IMG/VR virus record: IMGVR_UViG_3300017766_005792
Coordinates: 1-43,549 of that record
Direction: 5' to 3' (one strand)
DNA length: 43,549 bases
Origin: a virus
Taxonomy: Duplodnaviria; Caudoviricetes
Shown here one piece after another: positions 31,769 to 42,415 of this stretch (the first letter of the stretch is position 1; every line of letters starts with the position of its first letter). The translations under genes were made by a program, and so were the position numbers. The notes under the pieces are model-generated. The model saw only the letters and a list, made by a program, of their open reading frames with translations. It searched no databases and had not been told where the DNA came from.

Positions 31769-34700
31769 ATGACTAAAAAGAGGTCCCCGATTTCTCTGGT
31801 CGAGCTTCACCGTCACGAGCGGCCGAAGCCCGTGTTTTTCTCGAGCGAGATCCTCGGATTTCAGTGGACGAGCTCGATTAATCCGCCACACGGGTCGGCC
31901 GCTGTTGCACTCGCCCTGCCGGTCTCCAAGTTCGACTTGGCCATGCCAGGCGACTGGATCGTCGTCAGAAATATCAGGGGCCGCACCGTATTTTTCGGGT
32001 ACGTCACGAGCGTCAGCGACGGCATCTCCATCGGAAATAATAACGCTGTCGTCAGCGACGCCGTTACGGTCCAAGCCGAGACGTGGCTCGACATGCTTTC
32101 GCGCGTCGAGCTCTTGGCCCCACCCGTAAATACTTACCCCGAGAGTATCGGCACGCTTTTTACCCTTCAGGACTACGCCAGGCTGATCGAAGGGTCTCTC
32201 GTAGACCTCACCTTTGGAAATCTCGGCGAGGCCGTCCAGTCGATTTTCCGCTGGATCGCCCGCGTTCGCCTTCCTGAAAGTCTGGGTGGGGGTACGCTGG
32301 GCGACATCATCCCGGTTTCGTACGACAAGAACACCTCGTCGAACTACACCCCTGACCTCGTCGTAGAAGAGCTCCCGACGGCCGGCGCCATGCCGACCCA
32401 CGTCGGATTTACTTCCGTCAGGTCCAACGTCTACCCGATGCTCCGGACCCTTTTCGTTCCAGAGCCTGCCCTCATTGAAATGTTCCCCCACCTCTCCCCT
32501 CCGCTAGAGGAGGTCCCTGACGTCTACGTCGACGAGATTCTCGACCGAGGCGAGAGCTGGAATATCAGGGGTGAGCCGAACATCGACACGGGCACCGACG
32601 ACAACGTCTACACGGTCGATCAGATGCCTCCTGAGATTGCAGGTACGGCAGGGGCGACCAGAAAGCAGTCCATGGTCCTCGAGCGCACGGACCTCACAAC
32701 CTACCTGAAGGCGAGGCCTGTTCTCGTCTACCGGGTCAAGCCTTGGAGAACCCGCCCGCTCCGCCAGAGTCTTTTCGCGGCCGTGGACGAGGAGCGCAGG
32801 TACCGCTCGGTCGAAGAGCTCGTGGATACGAAAAATCCCGAGGACCCGCTCTCGGGAGACTGGGCTCAGCAGCAGATCTTGCAGAACACCTTTGAGAAAA
32901 TCACGTGGGATAAAAAGCTCTTCGCCTTTATCCCAGCCGGCCGTGTCGTTGCTATCCAGCGTACGCGCTCCGACAACGACCGAGTGAACTGCACCTTCAT
33001 GAACCTCTCGGTCGTCACGCCTCAGATTTTCGATCGGGCAGGTCTCCCCGTGAAAATCACGGACGAGATCAGAAAGCACGGCCTCCGGACCTCTAATCCG
33101 ACGTGGCCTTTTTTGATCACCCCCGACGATCCGGTGAAGCAGCAGAATTTTATCTCGTACATGCGTACGATCGCGGCTCAGATCATGCAGTTCTACCACA
33201 GGGGCCACGCTTTCGGCAGCGGTACGGTATCGGTCGCCGGTGGGGCTGACATCGCTGGGCTCGACTATGATGAGGAGCGGAAGGAATTTAAATGGCCTGT
33301 CCAAGCTGGTAGGCCCTTCCAGATCTCTCTCCCGGGGAAAGATTTTTCTGCCTACGCCGAGTCGGTGACTGTGCAGATCGAGGTCAGGGGTACGACGGTG
33401 GTTGGTTCGACCACGGTCCAGTACTCGCGCGGTCTTTATGGCGAGGACGAGGACACCTTCCGTGATTCTCTGATTCCTCTCACGAACGCTCAGTTCGGTA
33501 TGATTCAGACGAGCAAGTCAAAGGCCTTGGCGCGACAGCTCACCACGGGTGGTGGACAGCCTGACCCCTTCGCGAATTGTACGAGCGGTCGTCCAGCTAC
33601 CGATCCGACTTTTAGTCTCTCGAAGCTGACGGACGGATCCCCTGCCACCGACCCATTCGACCCGTATTACAAGCCCGCGTGGCTCAAGACGTGGGTCCTT
33701 AGTCGCTGCGACTCTAGGGTCGCCGCAACCATGACGGATTATTTCGACGGAGCCTCCGGAAATAATGTCGCGCAGCCTGCCTCGCCCGGTATGATCCCAC
33801 TCTATTACAAGGACATGGTCTGGTTTACGGCCGCTGCTGCGTACGTGATAGAGCGCTACTGGAGGATCGCCTATCCCGAGGCGACCGTTAGGATCACCTC
33901 GTGGTTCAGAAATGAGACCCGCCACATTTTCTCCGGCGCTATCGACATCTCGGTCCGGAAAAATATCTGGTCGCTCGCTTGGTACCAGAACGGATCCCAG
34001 AAGGGCTCCATCCGTGTTGATAGGGCTGACCCGCAAGACACAATTCAGCAGCAGGCTCAGACGATTCCGCCGGGCGTCGCCCGAACCATAACGGTGGGCT
34101 CTGACCCAACCAATAACATCGTCATCTCGGGTAGCGGGATATCTTCTCAGCACCTCAGGCTGTCCTACAAGAACAACGTGGTGCAGGTTTTCGACGTCAG
34201 CACCACCATTGGCGGCTCAGGGACCTTCCTCCGTGGAAAGAAAGTCCTGCCTGACGGTAATTATGAGGGCGGTGGCCCTGCGACCATTGGTCGAGGGTCT
34301 AACGACCAGATTACTTTCGGCGACGCGGCTATCCAGCTCTATATCAACACCGACATGCTTCCCGCGCTGCAGACGTGGGCAGGCTTTCACGCCATCGCTA
34401 ACGCGGCGAGAATCCCGCGTGGTGGCCGTGGCCTCTACCTTCACGTCAATCCTTGGAATGGGATTCAGGGAACTCACCCGTCGGAGGCAGGCTCGTCGTC
34501 CAGTACTGCGTCTGGCCCAGGCGGCTCGGCGTCTCCGCACTACGACTTGCGGGGAGCTTTTGGGTACGTCGACAGACCCAACCAGTGGGTCCAGTGCGAC
34601 TGGACAGGTGATGGCGTAGACGAAATAGCTTTGGGCGATGCCTCATGGATCAGAACAGGCAAGACGGAACCCAGTGGCGTGCCGCTGTCCAGCCTAGATG

Positions 34701-35107
34701 ATATCTACAAGAACATTGCCGACCCGGATAAGTCCTTGTTCTCATCCTTCACGGCAGGGTCTTTGGTCTTGGGGAAATCCATCCCGCAGGTCATCGTCGA
34801 CATGTACGTAAAGACCCCGAAGGGTGACGGTGCGGTGCCGAGAAAGGATTTTTCTGCCGCGCAAGAAGCGGTCAGGGTGCCTGTCAGGGACGCCATTAAA
34901 AAGTATTTCAGCAAGATCGTGGCGGCGCAGACGGACGCTGGGGTCAGGCAAGTCGACCCGACCCTACATTTGGTCGACAACTCGGTTCCGAATATCCGCC
35001 AGGTCTTGGGATACGAGCAGTCCTGCTTCTATGAATTCCAAGCCCCTGGGCAGAGCTCTTCCCTTTCCGCTCCGACAACTCCTCAGACGCCACTGGTGAA
35101 CCCATGA
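31769..35107 (+). CDS. Baseplate hub-like protein with C-terminal M15-like peptidase and inserted FHA domain
   Basis: Hub-like N-terminus (MPGDWIVVR...VFFGYVTSVS); ITSWFR...H....AIDI and GGRGLY...PHYDLRG motifs; FHA-like segment between them. Confidence 0.75.
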   Translation: MTKKRSPISLVELHRHERPKPVFFSSEILGFQWTSSINPPHGSAAVALALPVSKFDLAMPGDWIVVRNIRGRTVFFGYVTSVSDGISIGNNNAVVSDAVTVQAETWLDMLSRVELLAPPVNTYPESIGTLFTLQDYARLIEGSLVDLTFGNLGEAVQSIFRWIARVRLPESLGGGTLGDIIPVSYDKNTSSNYTPDLVVEELPTAGAMPTHVGFTSVRSNVYPMLRTLFVPEPALIEMFPHLSPPLEEVPDVYVDEILDRGESWNIRGEPNIDTGTDDNVYTVDQMPPEIAGTAGATRKQSMVLERTDLTTYLKARPVLVYRVKPWRTRPLRQSLFAAVDEERRYRSVEELVDTKNPEDPLSGDWAQQQILQNTFEKITWDKKLFAFIPAGRVVAIQRTRSDNDRVNCTFMNLSVVTPQIFDRAGLPVKITDEIRKHGLRTSNPTWPFLITPDDPVKQQNFISYMRTIAAQIMQFYHRGHAFGSGTVSVAGGADIAGLDYDEERKEFKWPVQAGRPFQISLPGKDFSAYAESVTVQIEVRGTTVVGSTTVQYSRGLYGEDEDTFRDSLIPLTNAQFGMIQTSKSKALARQLTTGGGQPDPFANCTSGRPATDPTFSLSKLTDGSPATDPFDPYYKPAWLKTWVLSRCDSRVAATMTDYFDGASGNNVAQPASPGMIPLYYKDMVWFTAAAAYVIERYWRIAYPEATVRITSWFRNETRHIFSGAIDISVRKNIWSLAWYQNGSQKGSIRVDRADPQDTIQQQAQTIPPGVARTITVGSDPTNNIVISGSGISSQHLRLSYKNNVVQVFDVSTTIGGSGTFLRGKKVLPDGNYEGGGPATIGRGSNDQITFGDAAIQLYINTDMLPALQTWAGFHAIANAARIPRGGRGLYLHVNPWNGIQGTHPSEAGSSSSTASGPGGSASPHYDLRGAFGYVDRPNQWVQCDWTGDGVDEIALGDASWIRTGKTEPSGVPLSSLDDIYKNIADPDKSLFSSFTAGSLVLGKSIPQVIVDMYVKTPKGDGAVPRKDFSAAQEAVRVPVRDAIKKYFSKIVAAQTDAGVRQVDPTLHLVDNSVPNIRQVLGYEQSCFYEFQAPGQSSSLSAPTTPQTPLVNP

Positions 35108-35994
35108 ATCAGATCTTGAGCGCTGTCCGTCGTGGCGGTGGCGACGAGATGGTCGTCACCCGGCTCTACACCATCGAGGAAAAGCTTTATTGCGACCTGA
35201 GGAACCCGCTTAACTGCGATACCTTTTTCAAGGTACCCGTGGTTTCAAATTTGGGCGCCTCAATTGATGCCCCGTCAGAGCCTTGGCACAAAACTACCAT
35301 CCCTTGGGATGATCTCCCGAGGGTGATCGTGACCTACCGGTCCTCTCAGGGGCAGGCCCTGATCACCCCCATCGTGACCGGAGTCGTCAAGAACAACTCC
35401 AACAACGTCACCCCGTCCGCGAATAACACCTCGGGTAGCGGAAACGCTGCCCCATCAAATCCCGTAACAGGCACCACCAACACCACGAGCGGTGGTGGGA
35501 CGGCCTCCACCCGCAGGCCTGCCAATCCAGGACCCCGAGACGCATCACTCGCGACGGCTAAATCCAAGGTCATCGCGCGTGAGACGGGGGAGGTCGACAT
35601 CATCACGGACAACGAATTCGTCGTCCGCACCAAGACGATCCTTCTTTCCGCCGGCGTCGAGGCCACCAAGTCCTTGGCCATCGCGAGCGAGATTCACGAC
35701 GCGCTGCAGCCACTCTACGACGCCGTAGACGAGCTCGTTAAATTTGCGGCTTCGTTCCCGACTGAGGCTTCCATTCTTCTTCACCCAGCCGTTGTCGCGG
35801 CTGGTGTCACAGCTCCGATTATTCGGACGGCCGCTACCTTTGAAATAGTTGGGACTAACCCAGCCACTGGAACTCCAGCTCCCCCAATTTCTGCTTCTTT
35901 TGAGTTTGTACCCTACAATGGGCCATCGGCTATAAGTAATCCGCCGAGCGAGGACTACGATTCTCCGAACGTCCAAGCTTCGCCGAGGGACTGA
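35104..35994 (+). CDS. Putative baseplate spike (gpV/gp5-like)
   Basis: Follows the hub; beta-rich N-terminus then short beta repeats. Mainly synteny. Confidence 0.5.
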   Translation: MNQILSAVRRGGGDEMVVTRLYTIEEKLYCDLRNPLNCDTFFKVPVVSNLGASIDAPSEPWHKTTIPWDDLPRVIVTYRSSQGQALITPIVTGVVKNNSNNVTPSANNTSGSGNAAPSNPVTGTTNTTSGGGTASTRRPANPGPRDASLATAKSKVIARETGEVDIITDNEFVVRTKTILLSAGVEATKSLAIASEIHDALQPLYDAVDELVKFAASFPTEASILLHPAVVAAGVTAPIIRTAATFEIVGTNPATGTPAPPISASFEFVPYNGPSAISNPPSEDYDSPNVQASPRD

Positions 35995-37913
35995 TGGCTG
36001 ACGCACCCAGCACAATCTCTACCGTGTCCAAGCCTGCGGAGGCGGACCGCGAAGCGGGCGTTAACAAGCTTTTCTCGGGCTACAAGTACGAGCCAAAAAA
36101 GGCATCTGACTTGGAGCCAAAAAAGCTCGAGGGCGCACCTGTCGAGTCCGTGACTATCTCCGAGAAGGAGTTTCCTGAGGGCTTCCCGATGTACTCGAAG
36201 CACGAGTACATCTTGGAGCTCGTGAAGGGTCGGGAAAAGCAGCCCGAGGACTCCATCTCGCTTTTCTACGTCTCTTCCCTTCAGATGCAGCAGCCGCACT
36301 CACTCGACCGGCGTTGGACTCTTACGAAGGTCTACGAGCAGTCGAGCGGAGCACGCGAGCGCGTCTTTTCTTTGTCCGGCCGTACTGGCGATCAGCCTAT
36401 CGACATTGCGCGCTTCTTTAAGATGCGCAATTTTATCGAAGGCTACATGGAGAAGAAAAAGAAGCAGGAGAACGCGTTCACTAACGGAAAGAATTATAGG
36501 CTCATAATAAACTTTACGTGGGAGGGTGAAAAGTTCGAGGCTTCTATTATCAGCTTCTCGTACCAGCGAGAGGCCGGTAACACGACGAACTCGTATATCT
36601 GGAATATCACCCTCGCCACGAACAGCTACATCGAGGTCAAGGCGGTCAAGGTTGACGCTGATGCGATCATCGCTTCCCAGAAGAAGCGTATCAGCGAAAT
36701 GATTGCCGTTCAGCAGGCGAAGCCTGGTAACGAAGAGCAGAAGGACTTGGAAGGAAAGGGGGCAGCTGCCTCCAAGAAGCCAAAGTCGAACCTCGGGTCC
36801 TACCAGATCCCGTCGGACGGACGCCTTGGGTCCAACCGGGGACTGGCTGCTTCGATAGGAAGCAACACCGTCGTCGGAAAAGCAGCTGACAAGGCCTTCC
36901 TTTCCAAGTTCACCTCGAGGTCGGCCTCAACTTGGTACGACGATATTTCTGCTGCGTGCTTTACGTTCAACGAGGCTTTCGCGAAGGCCAGCAGCCTCAT
37001 GGTTGGCCTGTCCCTGCGTAACGCAAGCATTTATCGGTTGGGTATCTCTCCCGTCATGTCCACCCTGAAGTCGTCGGCCGTGGCTGCTGCCACGATCGCA
37101 GGCTCTGTGGTTAGCGTTCTCCCCAACGCCAAGTCCGTCGTCATCACCACGGTCGCCGACGCCAACTACACTATCGAAAGCCTCAAGAGCGCATGGCGTG
37201 ACTTGGGCATGCTGGCGACGTCAGAGTACTGGGAATCGATTTTTCCTGGGATCACTCGCAACTCGTCGCGCGGTCGCACCTTCGTACTGATCGACAACAC
37301 GAACCGGACGGTCATCGCCCAGCCTGCGCCGAGTGGAAATGCTTCCGGTGGTGGGACGGGTACGCAGGACGCCTACAACCTCGCGGGTATTTTTCTGGGA
37401 GATCGCGGCCGCTGGCGCGAGATCATGGAAGTCAATCGGATGCCCGACCCTTACACGAGGGAGGACGGGTCGCCGCTCCAGGTCGGAGATATTGTCCTCA
37501 TCCCTGACGATGACGGCGTCCCGGCGACGATCACGACCGACAGCCTTTTCGGTTCCGATCTCATGGTGAAAGACGGTGACTTGGTCATGCGAGGGACGGG
37601 TGGCCTCGAGATCGTTCGTGGCGAAGAAAATCTCCGGCAGAGCCTGAGCCACCGGCTCAGGACAGTCCGAGGAACCAACCGAATCTTTCCTGAGTTTGGC
37701 CTCGCGTCCTTTATCGGGGAGAAGCAGACGTCGAGCCTCATCGCCCAGATCTGGAGCGATATTCAGGCGCAGGTCTCTGCTGACAGGCGTATCGGCTCCG
37801 TGATAAAAATCCTCATCGCCGAGGACCCGATGGTCTACACCGTTGGGATCTCTCTTCAGATGATAAATCAGGCCGGCCTGTCGGCCACCTTCGAGTACAC
37901 CCCTCCGATCTGA
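35994..37913 (+). CDS. Baseplate fusion protein: tube-initiator-like, LysM-like and gp25-like
   Basis: AYNLAGIFLGDRGRWREIMEVN...LQVGDIVLIP (LysM-like); GEENLRQSLSHRLRTVRG...PEFG (gp25/W-like). Confidence 0.75.
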   Translation: MADAPSTISTVSKPAEADREAGVNKLFSGYKYEPKKASDLEPKKLEGAPVESVTISEKEFPEGFPMYSKHEYILELVKGREKQPEDSISLFYVSSLQMQQPHSLDRRWTLTKVYEQSSGARERVFSLSGRTGDQPIDIARFFKMRNFIEGYMEKKKKQENAFTNGKNYRLIINFTWEGEKFEASIISFSYQREAGNTTNSYIWNITLATNSYIEVKAVKVDADAIIASQKKRISEMIAVQQAKPGNEEQKDLEGKGAAASKKPKSNLGSYQIPSDGRLGSNRGLAASIGSNTVVGKAADKAFLSKFTSRSASTWYDDISAACFTFNEAFAKASSLMVGLSLRNASIYRLGISPVMSTLKSSAVAAATIAGSVVSVLPNAKSVVITTVADANYTIESLKSAWRDLGMLATSEYWESIFPGITRNSSRGRTFVLIDNTNRTVIAQPAPSGNASGGGTGTQDAYNLAGIFLGDRGRWREIMEVNRMPDPYTREDGSPLQVGDIVLIPDDDGVPATITTDSLFGSDLMVKDGDLVMRGTGGLEIVRGEENLRQSLSHRLRTVRGTNRIFPEFGLASFIGEKQTSSLIAQIWSDIQAQVSADRRIGSVIKILIAEDPMVYTVGISLQMINQAGLSATFEYTPPI

Positions 37914-37920
37914 GGAAATC

Positions 37921-39276
37921 ATGTCGATAACCCCTCGCACTCCAGACGAAATAAGGCAGTCGCTGATCGCCTACTTGGTCAGCACTGGTGTTCTCACGTC
38001 TATTGACGAGGGTGACGTCGCCAGCACGATTTTCGGAGCTTTCTCTGAGGGCCTGTCTGCTCTCGAGCACCGTCTGCTGGATTTTGTCCGGGGCCATCTC
38101 TTGGACGTCAGCGGGGATCTTCTCGATGACCGCGTCGCTCAGATTCCGAACGTTCCTCCTCGTCGAGGTGCCTTGCCTGCGCGAGGCGGAGAAGTCGTTC
38201 TGACGAAGGAGTCCTCGTACGACACCCTTGAGTTCTCCCCCGGCGCTATCCGCATTTGCAATCCAAACACGCCAACGGTTGTTTACACGAACCGGGACGT
38301 GGTCATTTTTGGGACAGGGGTGAGCTCGGTCTCCGGGATTTATTTCATCTGCACGTCTACGGGCTACCTGACCGATGCTCCGCAAGGTACGCTAACCCTA
38401 GTCCTTCAAGGAAATGGGATCGCGACCTGCACGAACAGCGCTCCGCTGACCGGGGGTGCCGATCGCGAGGTGGACTCTTTCCTTCGCCAGCGTGCCCAAG
38501 CCATGATTCTCAGCTTGGCTCGGAGTCAGGCTTCCGCCATCGAGGCCCTCGCCCTGAATTTCGTGGACTCCAACAACACCACGATCTTGCACGCTAAGGC
38601 CTACGAGTACGCCGACGGCCACCGTGGCTACACGGAGCTGGTCGTTTCGGATGGCCAAGGCATGTCCAGCGCGACCCGCCTAGCCATCCCGTCCACCGGC
38701 ACGCTCCCTGAGCTTCAGGCAGGGTCGCGATACACGTTCTGGTTTGACGGTCCTGCAGCTGACCGAATCAAGATTGCTATCAAGCCGACGCCCAGCGACA
38801 CCGAGCAGGTTTATACCAGTCCGCAGGACTGGTGGATTCCGATCGAGGAGAAGGGCGTGGGTTGGACCCAGCTCCCCAAGCCTTTTCTTATCCCCGGGGC
38901 AACTTGGAGCATCAGCGGCCACTTGGTCTATCAGGGCTGGATCAGCGAGTTCCAAGATTTCGTTAATCGCACCTGCACGGCCGCAGGTACTCGAGTTCGG
39001 GTCGTCAAGCCCGACGTTCAGGTCATCACGCTCCGCGCGAACTGCATCATCGAGTCCGGGCGGTCGACGACCATCGTCTTCACGGCCGTGAAAGACTACA
39101 TCGTGGAGTTCTTCAATCGGCTCGCCCCGGGCGAGCCAGCCTTCATGCACAAGCTTCATGACTGGGTTGCGCAGGTACCTGGGCTTGTGAATATTATTTT
39201 CGAGCAGACCGACCTGTACCCCGGATCGCCCCGGACCAAGCTCGTCGCCACGCTCAACAGCATAACCCTGAACTGA
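37921..39276 (+). CDS. Baseplate J-like wedge protein
   Basis: RTPDEI...IDEGDVASTI, TNSAPLTGGADREVDSFLRQRA, AAGTRVRV and YIVEFFNRLAPGE. Confidence 0.9.
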   Translation: MSITPRTPDEIRQSLIAYLVSTGVLTSIDEGDVASTIFGAFSEGLSALEHRLLDFVRGHLLDVSGDLLDDRVAQIPNVPPRRGALPARGGEVVLTKESSYDTLEFSPGAIRICNPNTPTVVYTNRDVVIFGTGVSSVSGIYFICTSTGYLTDAPQGTLTLVLQGNGIATCTNSAPLTGGADREVDSFLRQRAQAMILSLARSQASAIEALALNFVDSNNTTILHAKAYEYADGHRGYTELVVSDGQGMSSATRLAIPSTGTLPELQAGSRYTFWFDGPAADRIKIAIKPTPSDTEQVYTSPQDWWIPIEEKGVGWTQLPKPFLIPGATWSISGHLVYQGWISEFQDFVNRTCTAAGTRVRVVKPDVQVITLRANCIIESGRSTTIVFTAVKDYIVEFFNRLAPGEPAFMHKLHDWVAQVPGLVNIIFEQTDLYPGSPRTKLVATLNSITLN

Positions 39277-39284
39277 GGTACGAG

Positions 39285-40718
39285 ATGTCAACGGGTGACA
39301 AGGTCATTTTTCCGCTGCTGAACCAGCGCGTCGACAAGAAAGACCTCAACGACATGCAGGTTCTCCTGCAGGAGACCGTGGGTCGCACGCTGGCCTCCCT
39401 TCTCGGAGAAGGCGGCGGAGCTCTCACCACCATCCCATTTACTTGGGACGACGTCACCGACATCGTTACGTTCGGGCCGTTCATGATGGCGTACAGCAGC
39501 CCTCAGGACACGGGCACGAACGTAAATCTTCTGGACGGTGGGGTCGTAATTCACGACCCCACCCGGGCGGGTCAGAACGGTTACTCGACCGTGAACCTGT
39601 CGGGCATCGGAGCGCTCGGGTACCTGTGGTTCAAGCGGTACGCGACTGAGGCCGATTTCGATAATCGCGCCTATTGGCCCGGACCCGGCACGGGCGAGCA
39701 GGTCATCGGCACCAACACGCGCGAGCGCGAATACGTTCGCTTCGCGGTTACGGACTCGCTCGACGACGCGACCTATAATAATTCCACGGGCTGGTGGCGG
39801 TTCGGCACCTTCCAGAAGGTGACCCTCCTCGGGACCACCACGCTCCTAATCTACCCCATCTCGGCCTTTGGCGACGATAGAGGTACGGGCGCCAACGGTG
39901 TCGTCCAGCTCATGGGAAGCGCAGCTTCCACCGCGACCGGCAGTACGCCTACCCGTAAGTGGGGTTTGAACCGTCTCGCGCAGGACGTGATCAGCAACAT
40001 CATTCAGATGAAGGACTCGGACGTTACCTTTGACCCGACGACCCGAGCGGTGACCGCAAATCCGAACGGTACGGCTTGGCGGGACGCTCCGACCCAAGGC
40101 CTGCGCCAGGTCGCTGACTCTATTTCTTTGCTTCAGGCGTCCATCGATACCTTGAACGATACTGTCACCACCCTGACTGAAACCGTCTCTAACTCTTTCC
40201 GTACGGTCTTCTACACACCCCAGGTGCTTGGATTTGTGTACGTGACCGTCGACACCGACGGTGTAGGGAATAAGTTTTTCCGGGCCACTCCGAATTACGG
40301 TCCCACGGGCTCTCTCGGAGATCAGACTGGTGTTGAGTCTTTCCTCGTCGAGGTCCTTTATCCCTACGATCGGGCTTGTGAACTGAAGTTCACGATCACG
40401 TCCCCGTACGCGATCGACAGCATCGCCACGGTGGCAGGGCTTCTTCCCAGCGTTGACATCGATAAGCACACCGTTGATGAGTCGGCGACCAGGGGCCGCA
40501 GCCTTCTTTTCACCGACACGGCTTTTCCGAAGACCTACAGCTCCGCGCCCACGGCGGCCGACTACGGTTCAGTTGCCCCGTCCCCCACGCTGGCGGATGG
40601 TCAGTTCATATCTCGGGCCATGGTTGTCAGGTACGACCTTTCTACCAATAAGTTCTTCGCTGAGTACGAGCCCTTCACCCTCGTAGTCTACGGCCGCAAC
40701 CTCACGCTGGGGGCCTGA
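39285..40718 (+). CDS. Putative tail/baseplate structural protein
   Basis: Follows baseplate J; Thr/Gly-rich with a short coiled coil; SD GAGGT. Confidence 0.65.
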   Translation: MSTGDKVIFPLLNQRVDKKDLNDMQVLLQETVGRTLASLLGEGGGALTTIPFTWDDVTDIVTFGPFMMAYSSPQDTGTNVNLLDGGVVIHDPTRAGQNGYSTVNLSGIGALGYLWFKRYATEADFDNRAYWPGPGTGEQVIGTNTREREYVRFAVTDSLDDATYNNSTGWWRFGTFQKVTLLGTTTLLIYPISAFGDDRGTGANGVVQLMGSAASTATGSTPTRKWGLNRLAQDVISNIIQMKDSDVTFDPTTRAVTANPNGTAWRDAPTQGLRQVADSISLLQASIDTLNDTVTTLTETVSNSFRTVFYTPQVLGFVYVTVDTDGVGNKFFRATPNYGPTGSLGDQTGVESFLVEVLYPYDRACELKFTITSPYAIDSIATVAGLLPSVDIDKHTVDESATRGRSLLFTDTAFPKTYSSAPTAADYGSVAPSPTLADGQFISRAMVVRYDLSTNKFFAEYEPFTLVVYGRNLTLGA

Positions 40719-40720
40719 AC

Positions 40721-42415
40721 ATGAGCACCAAGCCGATTCCAGTTATTGAGCCTGTCGATGACTTCCAGCTCTCCGAGCTCCCTATCGCTTCCGTCCCCCT
40801 CGACGGGAGCGATAGTACTCCCAGCACAGGCGCGAGCAGCATTACCGGCTGGCTCTGGTCGCTTCACTCCAAGCCACCTACTTCCAACGCCAGCCTGCTG
40901 AACAACGAGACGGCTACGCCTCAGCTGATCGACGTCGATCAGCCTGGGTCGTACCTCATCAGCCTGCAGGTCACCGATAATCTTGGACGCACGTCTCACG
41001 CTGGAATTGAACCGCTACAGTCCCCGACGGCCCCTTACGGATTTTCTTTTCCCGCGATCTCCTCGATGATCGCTATTCGAGTCCGTACCCAGAACGGGCT
41101 CGTCAAGGCGGCCTACGGGGAGCGCCAGTGGTTGGAGAAGGGTCTGTGGGAGCTCGTAGACGGGGTGGACGAGCTCTTCACGAAGCTCGACACGGTCCCG
41201 ACCAACGGTCAGATTTACGCTGACGACATTTACGAGTTCTCCGCCGGGCACGGGATCGTCGTTCATCACGACGTGGTGTTGGAGGACGCTGATCTGACCC
41301 TGACCAACGGCGTCATCAGCACTCCTCGAGTCCAGGCGCTCGATAATTCCGCCAACATCCGATTTGGTCCCAGCGGCGGTGACCTGCTCTGCACGGCCAA
41401 TGACGATATCGTCCTCGCAGCTGGGGACAACATTAGCCTCTTGGCTTCGTCGGGAGCTATCGCCGTCGCGGCGTCCGAGACTGTCACCGTCACGGGAGCC
41501 GGAGGGGTAGAACTTACGTCTGCCACGGGTGACATCGCCGTCACCTCCACGACCAAGGGTGTCGTGGTCTCGGCCGTTGAGGACATCTCCCTGACGTCGC
41601 AAGCGACTGTTACCCTCGATGCCCAGACTGACGTCGAGCTCGTCGCAGTGGGTGACGTGAAGACGCTACCCACCGGCAACGCGGTCACGACTGCAGGTGG
41701 CGCGATTCTGATGACGGCAGAGACGGGATTCGGGGCCTACACGGACAACGGAGCCGTCATTCTTTTCGCCGGCGGCAACGCCTTGAATGATACCGAGGAC
41801 GCGACGGCTACCGTCACGTTCGACGGCATCAACAAGCGTAGAGTCATCGACCTTGACGGGTTCGTCTCCGAACAGAATCACATCCTCACCACGACAGGCA
41901 ACTCCACGACGGTCGTTATTCCTAATGGTGTGGAGACGCTGATCCCACTTCGCGGCGGGCGGACAGCGCTTTACACCTACGAAGCGCTTTGCGGATCAGG
42001 ATCGCTACCTAATTTTGCGCTGAGTTTCACAGCCAGCTTCAACGTGGCCGACTTTACTACGCAGAATCATCATTACCTGACTATCTATCTGAACGTAAAG
42101 GAGGTCTCTGCGCCCTCGGGTCTGAGGCTTGCCACCTTCACGTTCCAGCCAGGTGGGAGCGTTGAGGTCGATAATAAGGCTTGTATTGTCAGAGGCCTTA
42201 TTACCTCTTACGTCAAGGACCTCTTCGTCGGCGGCGATGCCACCCTGACTGTGAACGCGACGCACGCTATTGTGACCTCTGCAGGAACCGTCACTGCGTC
42301 GACTGTTCTGAACCCGAATGGAAATATAAATTTCTATTTCACGGCCGACAGTAACGATCCTGACGCCGCGATCGCTAACGTCAACGCAGCCTTCAGCCTC
42401 ATGCGGAGTTCGTAA
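40721..42415 (+). CDS. Putative fibre/spike protein: PKD-like N-terminus and beta-helix-like repeats
   Basis: LDGSDS...WLWSL...DQPGSYLISLQVTD; 8-9-residue repeats such as GDNISLLA, GDIAVTS and EDISLTS. Confidence 0.7.
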   Translation: MSTKPIPVIEPVDDFQLSELPIASVPLDGSDSTPSTGASSITGWLWSLHSKPPTSNASLLNNETATPQLIDVDQPGSYLISLQVTDNLGRTSHAGIEPLQSPTAPYGFSFPAISSMIAIRVRTQNGLVKAAYGERQWLEKGLWELVDGVDELFTKLDTVPTNGQIYADDIYEFSAGHGIVVHHDVVLEDADLTLTNGVISTPRVQALDNSANIRFGPSGGDLLCTANDDIVLAAGDNISLLASSGAIAVAASETVTVTGAGGVELTSATGDIAVTSTTKGVVVSAVEDISLTSQATVTLDAQTDVELVAVGDVKTLPTGNAVTTAGGAILMTAETGFGAYTDNGAVILFAGGNALNDTEDATATVTFDGINKRRVIDLDGFVSEQNHILTTTGNSTTVVIPNGVETLIPLRGGRTALYTYEALCGSGSLPNFALSFTASFNVADFTTQNHHYLTIYLNVKEVSAPSGLRLATFTFQPGGSVEVDNKACIVRGLITSYVKDLFVGGDATLTVNATHAIVTSAGTVTASTVLNPNGNINFYFTADSNDPDAAIANVNAAFSLMRSS

